Of a stretch of DNA of 64,000 nucleotides, positions 8,517 through 19,664 are shown piece after piece (position 1 is the stretch's first letter; each line of letters opens with the position of its first letter). The stretch is from Candidatus Moanibacter sp. (GTDB lineage Bacteria; Verrucomicrobiota; Verrucomicrobiia; Opitutales; UBA2987). The notes below the pieces were generated by a model. That model was not told the origin of the DNA. It worked only from the letters and a program-made list of their open reading frames with translations, and did no database searches. Where the stretch lies: positions 1 through 64,000 of the forward strand of contig CBDCEW010000103.1 of NCBI GenBank assembly GCA_965215885.1, written 5' to 3'. A program made the translations under genes and the position numbers.

Positions 8517-10176
8517 CGGGCATTACCGGTACTTCGATTGACATTCGGGTCATTCCCTCTCTCTCCGAGCCCACCCCGTAGAATGCGTTCATCTCGGCCA
8601 CGCGAGTCTTAACGTTCTTCAATCCCTTTCCCTCTCCCGCATGTGCTTCTTTTGGAAAACTTCCACCATCATTGACAACTTCCATTATTACCCTTGCTCC
8701 CTTCGTATAAATGCGGCAAGTAACGGTATTAGGCTTCGCATGCCGAACGCTGTTGGAAAGCAATTCGTGGGCTATGTGAAAGAGATGCACGGTCTGCTTC
8801 CGGTCAAGCAATTTCAGGGAACTGTCATCGATTTCGAGTACACAGTCGCAGGGGCGCGATTTCTTGAAGGAGGAAATCAGATTTTCCAAGGCCCGTTTCA
8901 GATCCCGATCCTTCAAGCTTTCAGGTTCCAGACCGGTGATAAAATTCCTGACATCGGCAATAACGATATTGAGATCCTGAGTCGCCTTTTTCATCGCCGT
9001 CACCGCCTCTTCGGGGTGTTTCCCAACCATCTGAAGAGAATTCTCGAGTCGAAGACCTATGGCGTAGATCGATTGAATAATTCCATCGTGAAGGTCCTGC
9101 GCCAAACGCGATCGATCGTTAATGGACTCTCGAAGCTGGTTCTCACTCAGCCGCAATGCATCTTCGGTTTCTTTCCGGAATTCTATTTCGTTTCGAAGTT
9201 CGTTCTGCTGTTCAAAATATCTGAGAATCAATTCGGAAAGATGGCCGAATTCCGATTCTTGAGTTTTCAGTGTTTCGAGATGGCTCGATTCACCCGTGTT
9301 AAGACTCTGAGATATCCTCCTCAGAGGAACACCTACCCATTTCGCAATGAAATAACCCAGTAGGGCCAGGCTTATTAAAAGAAAAGCGATAACAAAACCT
9401 GTCTGTCTTCGCAAGAATCGGAGAAAATCCCCAACGATTGGTGATTGATATTTAGCAGATAAAAAAATTGTGGGCGCACCGTCCACACCGTTGAAAAATT
9501 TTGTGAATTGGAATCTATTTCTACCAACCTTGCCTTCCTTCGAGTCAGCGATCGATCCAACCGCCGGTACGGGTCCCACTTCAATTTCACATTCTGTAAG
9601 CTCGGCCAGCTTATCGATATAACCATCATCCCAGAGTCGACCGACAAGGAGATAGCCTTCGATCGGCGCTATATTCCTCTCCAACTCTCCAACCTGTATA
9701 GGACCGGATCGAACCTCCATGAATCCCTCTGAACGTTCGTAGAAAAACCGCGCATAAGGATTCGCGCTCAAAAAATCCGCAAGCGTATTCGTTGGCACCG
9801 GAAGCTTCTCCATTTTTTCTTGGGTCAAAAGATCCGATGAATATGAAAGCGTGAAATCAGGCCGATAGACCCAGGCGGCCTGAGCTTGAAACACCGTCTC
9901 CAAAACAGGATCCACGTTGAACTGCCACCACTCGTCCTCCCCCAGCGGTATGTGCTCAACCATATCAGTCCACCAAGTGTAGTCGTTGACCATGGTCTCC
10001 AACGAAGAAGCTTGAAGATTTTCGATCCGTGTAAAGAGCGCCATTTTTTCATCCGCGTAATGCTCAAAAAAGCGTTCAGTCTTTTCGTCCCATAGGATGT
10101 AGTTCGCCAGGAAGTAAGCCATATAGACAAAAGCGAGACCCGAAACTAACAGAGTTACTTTTCGGTAAAGGCTCAT
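8506..10176 (-). CDS. Sensor histidine kinase (CHASE4-like periplasmic domain, HisKA_3, HATPase)
   Basis: Two TM segments, NDYTWWTD, RLAQDLHDGIIQ, ELLSNSVRHA, GKGLKN. Confidence 0.85.
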   Translation of the reverse strand: MSLYRKVTLLVSGLAFVYMAYFLANYILWDEKTERFFEHYADEKMALFTRIENLQASSLETMVNDYTWWTDMVEHIPLGEDEWWQFNVDPVLETVFQAQAAWVYRPDFTLSYSSDLLTQEKMEKLPVPTNTLADFLSANPYARFFYERSEGFMEVRSGPIQVGELERNIAPIEGYLLVGRLWDDGYIDKLAELTECEIEVGPVPAVGSIADSKEGKVGRNRFQFTKFFNGVDGAPTIFLSAKYQSPIVGDFLRFLRRQTGFVIAFLLISLALLGYFIAKWVGVPLRRISQSLNTGESSHLETLKTQESEFGHLSELILRYFEQQNELRNEIEFRKETEDALRLSENQLRESINDRSRLAQDLHDGIIQSIYAIGLRLENSLQMVGKHPEEAVTAMKKATQDLNIVIADVRNFITGLEPESLKDRDLKRALENLISSFKKSRPCDCVLEIDDSSLKLLDRKQTVHLFHIAHELLSNSVRHAKPNTVTCRIYTKGARVIMEVVNDGGSFPKEAHAGEGKGLKNVKTRVAEMNAFYGVGSEREGMTRMSIEVPVMPDGS

Positions 10177-10305
10177 AGAAACCAAACAGACTCAGATGTT
10201 GACAGCATATAGTAATTTATATGGGAATCGAGGATCGAAGCGCTACTCTAATATACTATCTTCAGTTTATTTGCGAGTCTAAATACTGAACCCACAACTA
10301 ATACC

Positions 10306-12199
10306 CAGGGTAAAAGGATTCCAGGAAGCAACTAGCTGATAAGCAAGAAGATAAAAAAAGAGCTAGACAAACCCGAGGGAATCAGTCATGTTAAGATGGG
10401 ATGAAAGACAAAAAATCTTACCAACTGAATCCTTCGATAGATCGTTTAACTCTGCGTCTGGTCCTGCCCGAAGAGCAGGAGCGATTCAATGATCTATTGA
10501 AACAACATCATTATTTACACAGTGCGGGCAGCGCAGGAGAGACCCTGCGCTATGTGGCGCAGATCGACGGGCAATGGATGGGCCTGCTCTTGTGGGGGGC
10601 CGCATCCTACCGGCTGAAGGATCGAGACGAATGGATCGGGTGGGACGGGGCGCAACGGCATGCACGATTGAAACTGGTAGTACAGAACCGGCGTTTTCTG
10701 ATTTTGCCCGGGGTGGATCTTGCAAATTTGGCCTCCAAGACGTTGGGTATGTGCCTGAGAGTCTTAGCCGATCACTGGCAGGAGGCTTTTGGCTATCGTC
10801 CCTTGGTAGCGGAAACGTTCGTGGACCCACAGATTCACCGGGGCACTTGCTACGAAGCGAGCGGGTGGACGCCCTTGGGCTTGAGCGCGGGATATGGCCG
10901 CCAACGCGAAGATTTCTATCAACGCCATGAGCGTCCCAAGCAGATCTGGGTCAAACCCCTCAAGGCTAATGCCCTTGAGCTTTTGCGCGCTTCAGGGCCA
11001 TTGCCCGCGGCACAGAGCCAGGCGCTCAATGAAACCGATAACTCCCATGCGGTCTGCCTCAAAGTGGAACAGATGAGCAGCCTGTGGGAACGCTTCAATC
11101 AGATAGAAGACTTCCGTCGTAAAGCGGGCCTTAGATATCGGCTCGCCACGGTCCTGAGCATGATTGTGCTCGGCACGATGTGCGGCAAACAGACCCTCAA
11201 GGGCATCGTGCGCCTGGCCCATCATCTCAATCAAGCCCAATTGCGCGCCTTACGCTCCTGGAAAAACCCCAAAACAGGCCGCTATAAGGCCCCTTGCTAT
11301 GATGTCTTCTATCGGGTCTTGCAAAACGTAAAGGCCGAGCTCTTCGATAAAACCCTCACCGAATTCATCTGCTTACAAGACGGCTGTTTGCCCCGCGATA
11401 TTGCCGTCGACGGCAAGACCCTCAAAGGCACAAACACCGAAGAATCAAAGGCTCTGCACCTGGTGGCCGCAGTCGATCACCAAAGCGCTCAAACCTTAGC
11501 CCAAGTCGCTACCGCCGATAAATCCAACGCGATCACCGCCGCCCAGACTCTCTTGCGAAAGATGCCCATTTTGGACGGCTCCACCTTCACCTTCGACGCC
11601 ATGCATAATCAAAAAGAAACTGCCCACATCGTCGTCGAAGAACTCAGTGCTGACTATGTTATTCAAATTAAAGACAATCAGCCCAACATGCATCAATACG
11701 CTCAGAATCTCTTCAGCTCCACCCCCTTTTTCTCCACCAAACCGTGGACAATGACCATGGGCGACTCGAAATACGTCAAATAGCAACCCATTCTCTAAGC
11801 GCTCCCTCTGCCGGCCTGCCCCATGCCCGCCAGTTCGCCTGTGTGCAACGCACCTTCCATTATCCAAACAAAGCTGAACCTTCCTCTGAACGCTCTTACT
11901 ACGTAAGCAGTCTCGATCCCGCCGATTTGAGCCCTCAACAGTTCCTCTCGAAAATTCGCAACCATTGGTCGATCGAAAATAAAAATCATTACCCCAGGGA
12001 TCGCTTCTTCGATGAAGATCGATGTATGATCCGTAATCATAACGCAGCCAGAATTCTTGCTGCATGCAGGCAACTGGTTCTCAGCCTCAAGTCTTCCATG
12101 GGCGCTGAATCCACTCCCGCACTCTGTGATGATTTCGTCTTTAACTTACATAAGGCCATCAATATCATCACCTAATGCTCCGAGAATCAAAATACCGTG
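10306..12199 (+). mobile_element. ISAs1-family insertion sequence with N-terminal DUF4338 domain
   Basis: Ends CAGGGTAAAAGGATTC and rc CACGGTATTTTGATTC; 10-bp duplication AACTAATACC at 10296-10305 and 12200-12209. Confidence 0.9.
10401..12175 (+). CDS. DUF4338-ISAs1 transposase, two ORFs joined by a -1 frameshift near 11730
   Basis: HHYL..NRRFLILP..ETFVDP; IAVDGKT, TFDAMH, IKDNQP; second ORF DHGRLEIR, RNHWSIEN. Confidence 0.85.
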
Positions 12200-12325
12200 A
12201 ACTAATACCTCAGATCTCCTGACGAGTAGGTCGTAAAGCAATTTCAATTGGGCTTCCAGCACCCGCCCACTCCCGAGCAAATCGGGCGGGATTTATCCGA
12301 ACTGTTTCTAGCAATATCCCGTACA

Positions 12326-13084
12326 TTGAGGACAATCTTAAAAGGACTCCTCGTTACTCTGCTCCTTGGACTGAGAGATGTTTCGGCGCAGGTTGAAATT
12401 TACTCAATCTGGGACATAAAATTCGAATCCGAATTCATCTGGAGGGGCACCCAATACGACGACGAAGGGATTCAACCTTCCCTTGAAGTGGGATTAGGGA
12501 GCTTTTACACCTACCTTTGGGGCTGGGAACCGATCGACGATGAGAATTCCTATAACGGAAGTGAATTTGATATCTATCTTGGCTATTTCGCCGAACCGAC
12601 AGATGATTTAAGTATCGACGTTGGGTTCACTTATTTCTGGTATCTGGAAGATTCCGAAATTACAGAGGTCGATCGGTCCCGTGAGATATTCCTCGGAGTT
12701 TCCCTAAGGGCACCGCTCAAACCGACAATTTATCTTTATTACGACATCGACTTCGAGTCCCTCACCCTCGAACTGTCAGTATACTACAGCTTCGATTTGC
12801 AGGAATGGATTCCCAACTCCTCGATCGAGATCAGCGCCTACGCCGGCTCCGTCGATACCGACGATCTCGGCGGCGGACAAGTGGAAGATTACGGGGGTAA
12901 CAGCTACAGCTATTACGAGGTCTGGCTGGATTATGCGTATAAGTTATCTAAATCTGCGCAGCTCAGGTTCGGCCTGCGATTCTCCGGTAACAATGACGGT
13001 ATCCTGGATGAGGAATCAAATCAGGAGAACCGCGGTCGCGAACGCAACCTCTGGTGGGGGACCGCGCTACATCTAGACTTCTGA
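12326..13084 (+). CDS. TorF/TIGR02001-like outer-membrane beta-barrel
   Basis: Signal peptide, FESEFIWRG, EFDIYLGY, terminal Phe; paralogue of 18705-19409; start inferred. Confidence 0.7.
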   Translation: MRTILKGLLVTLLLGLRDVSAQVEIYSIWDIKFESEFIWRGTQYDDEGIQPSLEVGLGSFYTYLWGWEPIDDENSYNGSEFDIYLGYFAEPTDDLSIDVGFTYFWYLEDSEITEVDRSREIFLGVSLRAPLKPTIYLYYDIDFESLTLELSVYYSFDLQEWIPNSSIEISAYAGSVDTDDLGGGQVEDYGGNSYSYYEVWLDYAYKLSKSAQLRFGLRFSGNNDGILDEESNQENRGRERNLWWGTALHLDF

Positions 13085-13280
13085 CCTAAAACTTCAATGT
13101 AGATGCGGGTTAGCGGGCCGTTCCTAATAGATCAATTCGGTGGCGACACCATCGGAAAGCGGAAGCTTTTCGTCTTCCTGGACGCCGCAAGTTTCACTCT
13201 GCCGTAGGGCAGAGTTTGATCCGGCCGCGTCGTGCGCGCCGGGGGCTCCGCTGACTTGAAAATTCTCTGCCTTGATTCGC

Positions 13281-14555
13281 CTACTCCGGCAAGGAAGCTT
13301 TCTCTTCTTCCGAGATATTGAAATCCTCTCGGAAGGTCCGGTAACCGGCGGGATCGGTTCGCTGCCATAGTTGTGCAACCCTCTCCACCGTGGAACGGCG
13401 CTTTTGCGGTTCAGAGATCGACAGTGCCCACGTCATAGCCCCTTCCGGATCCTCATTCTTTACCACATCGACCAATCGCGCAACCGCGCCATCCAGCTCA
13501 GGTTCAGCGGGAAGGGAGTTCAGCCACTCCGCCGCCCCGTTAATATCATAGCGCAGCCAATTCTCTACCACTCGGCTGAGGCTTCTTTGACGCAGACCGT
13601 CGTCCCGCAGTTCGTTGGCCCACTGGGCGGCAGATTCTGGATCCGTCCGCGAGAGAGAATTCACAATCTGATCAAATGCCTGTTCTCGGATCCCCTTATC
13701 CTCGAACGTCTCCACCCATGCGAGCGCCGCGGCGGGTTCATGTCCGCCCCACATCCCGAGAAGATTGTTAATAACGTTTCGTTTCAGATCTCCCTCTTCC
13801 ATTCCCTCCACCTAGGAGATTACCTCATTCTTCCTACCCTGCCCGTAGGCTGCACGCACCGCAACTCCGGTGAGATTTCTCAATTCCCTATCATCTCCCA
13901 CACCTTTCAGCATCGCGATCGCCTTGGAGGCGTCGACATCGGCGATTCCCCGGAAGACAGAGGATAATCGCCTCTCCACTTTTCCCGGGGAAGGATTACT
14001 GTAGGCCCACTCAAATGCTTTCTCGGGCTCTACCCTTCCCCACACAAAGAGCACGGACCGAACACTGCGCTCCCTCATTGGGAGCCGTTGAATGGACAAG
14101 GCATATTCCAAGGCGGCTCCACTATCCAACCCTGCCCAACGCCGCATAAGGGCATAGAGCATATAGTCCTGTTCGTACCCGACGGGCATGTTCTCAATAA
14201 AGGCCACCGTTTCTTTTATCTCATTCGGTGCCAGGTCCCGAAAAAAGTCGCGAATCTTCTGATCGGGCTGCGACTTATTTTTCGCCTCCATGTAAAAGCG
14301 TTGTAGAGATTGAGTGACAGTTCCCTCTGCCTCCGGCTCTCGACTTTCAACATCCAATCCAGCCTCATTCAAAGGGATTTCTTCCGGCAGGATCGATTTG
14401 TTACTGCCTATTGCCTCAAGGCTGTGGTGGCTTCCCGGTGGACTCGCCGTTTCTAATCGCCTGTCCGTATGCCATATTCCCAGTGTGTAGGCCACTCCCA
14501 AGGATGCAATCCACCCTGCCACAAGAATTCCGTATCGAATTCGGCGCTCCTTCAC
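13281..14555 (-). pseudogene. Membrane-anchored alpha-helical repeat protein with an in-frame TAG at 13812-13814
   Basis: Two abutting same-frame ORFs sharing W-xx-D/EP-xxA-xxW repeats. Confidence 0.75.
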
Positions 14556-14600
14556 TGCGGGATTCAGACACCTGGAAACTCAAGGTGTGCCATCACTCGC

Positions 14601-14623
14601 AAAAAACCCCGGCAGCTGCCGGG
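14601..14623 (-). terminator. Intrinsic terminator downstream of glnA
   Basis: Minus strand CCCGGC-AGCT-GCCGGG-GTTTTTT. Confidence 0.6.
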
Positions 14624-14745
14624 TACGTGTTTAGCGTGCCTTTGATTGCTGGCTGCCCCGGCACAAGACAGGGGCAACCTCAGAAACGCTATACAGGTAC
14701 CCTGCCGGGGGGATATCGAAATAGAAACTCCAGGGAATCTCCAAA

Positions 14746-16155
14746 TCAAATATCGTAGTAGAGAAAGTATTCAAACGGATGCGTCCGCCGGCGCACTTCA
14801 TCGTATTCCTCTGATTTCAGTTCGATGAAGTTTTCGACGAAATCCTTGCTGAAAACATCTCCCGACAAGAGGAAATCGTGATCGCTCTGCAGCGCCTCGA
14901 TCGCGCCCTTTAAGGATTCGGGGACGTGTTCGATGTTGGCGGCCTCTTCCGGCGGAAGATCGTAGAGATTCTTATCCATCGGTTCGCCCGGATCGATCTT
15001 GTTTTCAATGCCGTCCAACCCGGCCATGAGCAGCGCCGAAAAGGCGAGATAGGGATTGGCCGATGGATCAGGACTTCGAAACTCCACTCTCTTTGCTTTA
15101 GGACTCGGGCTGTAGGTCGGTATGCGACATATTGCGGACCGATTCCGCGCCGAATAAGCGAGGTTGACGGGAGCCTCAAATCCCGGGACGAGGCGTTTGA
15201 AACTATTATTCGTCGGAGTGCAGATCGCGCACAGGGCGGAGGCGTGTTTGAGCAGGCCTCCAATATACCATAACGCTTCCTGACTCAACCCGGCATAGAG
15301 GTCGCCCGCAAAAATAGGATTTCCCTCTTTCCACAAAGAAGAATGGACATGCATTCCTGAACCATTGTCATCGAATACCGGCTTCGGCATGAAAGTCGCA
15401 GTCTTCCCATGCTTCCTCGCGACATTCTTCACGACATGTTTGTATAGGCACATAAAATCGCCCATCTTCAAAAGGTTCTCAAATCGCAGATCGATCTCCG
15501 CCTGTCCGGCGGTAGATACTTCATGGTGCTGTGCCTCAACCCCGATTCCCAGATCGATCATGGTCAGAACCATATCATTCCTCACGTCCATGAGCTGATC
15601 CTTAGGCGCCACCGGCAGGTATCCCTCCTTATGCCGGATCTTGTGTCCCAAATTGGGAAATTCCTCATTCCCGGTATTCCAAATCCCCTCCACGGAGTCG
15701 ACGTAGTAATATGAGGTATTCGGCGTAACATCGTAACGGACATCGTCGAATATAAAGAACTCGGCCTCCGGCCCGAAATAAGCGATGTCGGCAATTCCGG
15801 TGGACTTCAGGTATTCTTCGGCCTTTCTCGCAACACCACGCGGTGAACGATCATAAGGCTCCCGCGTTAAGGGATCTTCTATATCACAGATGAGACTGAG
15901 GGTCGTCGCCTGCACAAAGGGATCGATTATCGCCGTGCTGCTGTCTGGCATGACGAGCATATCGGATGCTTCAATTCCCTGCCAACCTCGAATAGAGGAC
16001 CCATCAAAGCCGAACCCGTCCGCGAAAGAATCCTCCGTTAATTCGCTCAAGGGTACGGTGAAGTGCTGCCAGGTGGCGTGAATATCGCAGAACTTAAGGT
16101 CTACGACCTTCACATCTTTCTCCTTCGCATATGCTATGGCTTCCGTTGGACTCAT
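14746..16155 (-). CDS. glnA: Type I glutamine synthetase
   Basis: [30 protein letters not shown], adenylylation site NLYDLP. Confidence 0.97.
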   Translation of the reverse strand: MSPTEAIAYAKEKDVKVVDLKFCDIHATWQHFTVPLSELTEDSFADGFGFDGSSIRGWQGIEASDMLVMPDSSTAIIDPFVQATTLSLICDIEDPLTREPYDRSPRGVARKAEEYLKSTGIADIAYFGPEAEFFIFDDVRYDVTPNTSYYYVDSVEGIWNTGNEEFPNLGHKIRHKEGYLPVAPKDQLMDVRNDMVLTMIDLGIGVEAQHHEVSTAGQAEIDLRFENLLKMGDFMCLYKHVVKNVARKHGKTATFMPKPVFDDNGSGMHVHSSLWKEGNPIFAGDLYAGLSQEALWYIGGLLKHASALCAICTPTNNSFKRLVPGFEAPVNLAYSARNRSAICRIPTYSPSPKAKRVEFRSPDPSANPYLAFSALLMAGLDGIENKIDPGEPMDKNLYDLPPEEAANIEHVPESLKGAIEALQSDHDFLLSGDVFSKDFVENFIELKSEEYDEVRRRTHPFEYFLYYDI

Positions 16156-16229
16156 CGTTGATTACTTCCTAATTAATGGTGGACTACAGATTTCTCTCTT
16201 ACGAGTATCGAAAATGGTCTGGAATGAGA

Positions 16230-16245
16230 AGCACCAAAAGTGCCA
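16230..16245 (-). promoter_or_regulatory. Sigma54 promoter of glnA
   Basis: Minus strand TGGCACTTTTGGTGCT (GG-N10-GC). Confidence 0.75.
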
Positions 16246-16397
16246 GTCCAGATCTTTAAAGGGTTACTGTACATATTTGATCGATTCAATCGGTATGGCG
16301 CTGCTGAACAAAATTGCAAGAGTCAGAAAATTGAGCAAGTTTGTCCACCTTATGCAAGGCTCAAATTGGCGATTCTACTCAATATTTTAATTTCAAA

Positions 16398-18104
16398 ATG
16401 ATAGCGACCGATACAGACAGGGCGGTAATCGATTCCCTCTACCGCATCAGTAGCCTGGTGGGGAAAATGGAAGATCCCCATTTGGCCCTCGATTATATCC
16501 TGGATGAAATCCGCAGTCTCTTGCAGGCCGACAGTGCAACAATCTCCCTGAAGACACCGGAAGCAAATACCCTAAGAATCGAAGTCTCTAAAGGCCTTGC
16601 GGACCACTCCACGGGATTCGAATTAAAACTGGATCAAGGAATCACCGGATGGGTCGCCCTGCACGGAAAAGCCGTTCTCGCGAACGAAGTGCAAAGGGAC
16701 TCGCGCTATTTTTCTCTTAACAAAGCGACTCGCTCGGAGATGGCAGTCCCCATGGTGGACCAAGGAACCGTCATTGGGGTTGTTAACGTTGAAAGCGATT
16801 CAGATGATGCCTTCGATGAGCAGAATCTGCGAGTCCTGTCACTTCTCACAAACGAAGCTACCAAAGTTGTCAACCGTCTATGGCTGATAAGCCAGCTTAA
16901 ACGCAAATCAGAGCAACTGGAGGCCCTTATCATCGCTTCTCGCAAGCTGGTACTGAAAAGGGAACAGAGTGAGCTCATGGACAGCCTGACACGCGAGGCC
17001 CTTAGAATCACAAACTGCAAAATATCCACTCTGTATCTCTACGACCCGAAGAAAAGGCACCTCATCCTGCATTCGCTGGCGGATCGCGCGGGAAACCGCG
17101 CCCACGAGGAAATCCTGAGAGTAGAGGACACCGCGGCAGGAGTGGCTATCCTCAACCGGAAGCAGGTCGAGGTGTTGGATGTTAGAAGAACCGAAGAGCA
17201 CCATCTAACCGATCTTATCAGCTCGGAGGGCCTCGTCTCGATGCTTTGCCTGCCCATACTCTCTGAAGAGGAGCCAATCGGAATTCTGAACGCCTATACC
17301 GACAGTCTCTACCGTTTTGACGATGAAGAGAAGAGAATGCTAGGTACCCTCGCCGCTATCGGTGCCGTAGCCATCCAGAACGCTCGACTTTATTCGCGTG
17401 TATTCTCTACAGAGGAGCTTCTCCGTCGCTCTGAAAGACTCTCAGCTCTTGGGCTCCTCTCTGCTGAACTGGCTCACGAGATCCGCAATCCCCTGACTGT
17501 AATCAGGTTGCTCTTCGATTCGCTCGATCTCAATTATGATGCGGATGACATTCGCTCAAAAGACGCAACCATCATTAAAGAGAAAATCAACCAACTCGAC
17601 TCACTTGCCAATCGTATCCTCGAATTCGGAAAGTCAAGCGATACTCACCTTCAACCGGTCAGTCTCAACCTCGTCGTTGATGAAACCATTCACCTTCTGC
17701 GCCTCAAACTCGAACAGATGAGAATAGAACTGCACTATCATAACGACGATGAGGCGCTGTCGGTCCAATCAAACAAGGGACAACTTCAGCAAGTCTTCCT
17801 GAACTTAATCCTTAACGCGACTAAAGCAATGCCTCATGGAGGCAAGATTCACATCTACGCCCGGCAGGAATCTCGTGGAGACGATGCCTTTGTTGTCGTC
17901 GAAATACGAGATACAGGAACGGGAATTCCTGACAAACTGAGAGACAGTCTCTTTGCCTCTCCCCTGCTAGGCACCCACTATTCGGACGGCCTCGGCCTGA
18001 ATATCGTAAAGCGAATCCTGCAGAGTCATCATGGAGACATCGACGTGGCCCATACTTCGTCGGAAGGTACTACCATGAGAATGTGGCTACCTGTGCCGGG
18101 TTGA
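16398..18104 (+). CDS. Cytoplasmic GAF-GAF histidine kinase
   Basis: Two GAF domains (GITGWVA, SEMAVPM; SMLCLPI), LAHEIRNPL, QVFLNLILNA, DTGTGIP; no TM segment. Confidence 0.88.
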   Translation: MIATDTDRAVIDSLYRISSLVGKMEDPHLALDYILDEIRSLLQADSATISLKTPEANTLRIEVSKGLADHSTGFELKLDQGITGWVALHGKAVLANEVQRDSRYFSLNKATRSEMAVPMVDQGTVIGVVNVESDSDDAFDEQNLRVLSLLTNEATKVVNRLWLISQLKRKSEQLEALIIASRKLVLKREQSELMDSLTREALRITNCKISTLYLYDPKKRHLILHSLADRAGNRAHEEILRVEDTAAGVAILNRKQVEVLDVRRTEEHHLTDLISSEGLVSMLCLPILSEEEPIGILNAYTDSLYRFDDEEKRMLGTLAAIGAVAIQNARLYSRVFSTEELLRRSERLSALGLLSAELAHEIRNPLTVIRLLFDSLDLNYDADDIRSKDATIIKEKINQLDSLANRILEFGKSSDTHLQPVSLNLVVDETIHLLRLKLEQMRIELHYHNDDEALSVQSNKGQLQQVFLNLILNATKAMPHGGKIHIYARQESRGDDAFVVVEIRDTGTGIPDKLRDSLFASPLLGTHYSDGLGLNIVKRILQSHHGDIDVAHTSSEGTTMRMWLPVPG

Positions 18105-18121
18105 AATCCCACCGACATTGC

Positions 18122-18493
<372 letters not shown>

Positions 18494-18626
18494 TTAACTC
18501 CACACCATCTGAGCCGGCGAAGTTGCATACTTCTGTACAGACTCCACTTGGGTCAATATCATCTCACTACCCGCTTTCTGCACAACTCTGATCAAAATGT
18601 AGCGAGTTCCAAGCGTCTCCTGGTTT

Positions 18627-18642
18627 TGGCCCGAAAGTTGCA
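18627..18642 (+). promoter_or_regulatory. Sigma54 promoter of the TorF-like porin
   Basis: TGGCCCGAAAGTTGCA (GG-N10-GC); SD AGGAG upstream of ATG 18705. Confidence 0.75.
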
Positions 18643-18704
18643 TCAAGCAGAGGCCCAACAAACGTTCAATCTGCTTTCACAGCAAATGCTACAGGAGAAT
18701 TCGT

Positions 18705-19409
18705 ATGAAAACAAAGAAATCAATATCACTGGCACTACTGTCCATCATTCCTCTATGCGGCGCAAGCGACGCTGCCGATCTCGAAATTGGGACTACCCTG
18801 GGCTTTGAGAGTGAATATGTCTTCCGGGGAGTGCAATATGCGGACTATTCGTTTCAGCCCGCCATCGACTTAACCTACGGTGGCATGTACTTCAGCTTCT
18901 GGTCGAATACACCGATCACCGACCCGGGTAACATATTTCTGACGGAGATTAATTTCGTCCCGGGTTACACTTTCAGTCTTAACGAAACCGTCAGTTTCGA
19001 TGTCGGTCTGACCTATTATTATTATCCCGACGCGCCTTCCGGCGAAGATAACACGCAGGAGATCTACCTGGGTATCGGCCACGGTATTGGCTGGTTGCCC
19101 AGTCCGACGTTTTATTATGATTTCGATCTGGACACCTTCACCTTCGAAATCACTTTGGGCCACAGCCTACCTATATCCGGGCCAGATAGTCCGATGACAC
19201 TGGATCTCGGAACCCACCTTGGCTATGTATCGCCCAAAGGGGCCGATTCCGGAGTCTACTATGGAGGCACGGCGGATTTCAGCTACGCCTTTAGCGAAAG
19301 CGCCTCACTCAGTATCGGGATTCGCGCCACCGGAATCAGCGACGATCTCGTCGGTGGCGGGCGCGACGCCAATGTTTGGTGGGGGATGAGTTTCTCGGCT
19401 GGATTTTAA
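18705..19409 (+). CDS. TorF/TIGR02001-like putative porin
   Basis: Signal peptide, FESEYVFRG, DVGLTYYYYP, terminal Phe. Confidence 0.8.
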   Translation: MKTKKSISLALLSIIPLCGASDAADLEIGTTLGFESEYVFRGVQYADYSFQPAIDLTYGGMYFSFWSNTPITDPGNIFLTEINFVPGYTFSLNETVSFDVGLTYYYYPDAPSGEDNTQEIYLGIGHGIGWLPSPTFYYDFDLDTFTFEITLGHSLPISGPDSPMTLDLGTHLGYVSPKGADSGVYYGGTADFSYAFSESASLSIGIRATGISDDLVGGGRDANVWWGMSFSAGF

Positions 19410-19439
19410 CTCTGGCGGTGAGTGGGTCGAGGGAATCGC

Positions 19440-19621
19440 ATAGCCCGGACATTTCACACACTTCGTAGCGAGACAGCGTAGATTGCTGCATACCAGAGCC
19501 TTTCCGCAGGGCGGCGGGCGACAGCGTGTTGGAACCCTCTGAGGTCGGCGGGCAAGAGAAGGCTTTGATATGTAGTGAGATCCGCGGTCGTAGTAGAAGG
19601 TTTGTGAGATGTTCGGGCTAG
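19440..19621 (-). repeat. MITE family 2, copy 3
   Basis: Reverse-complement homologue of 4588-4769, between convergent genes. Confidence 0.85.
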
Positions 19622-19664
19622 AAGTATCCTCCCGTGTCCAACTCCACACTTCGAGACGTTGCTT

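Noticed and set aside
10401..11000. Druantia anti-phage system
   Set aside because: The DUF4338 domain is fused to a transposase inside an IS; no DruE helicase or other dru genes
13812..13814. Pyrrolysine or recoded TAG
   Set aside because: Many genes in the window end in TAG, no pyl genes are visible, and the context predicts Trp
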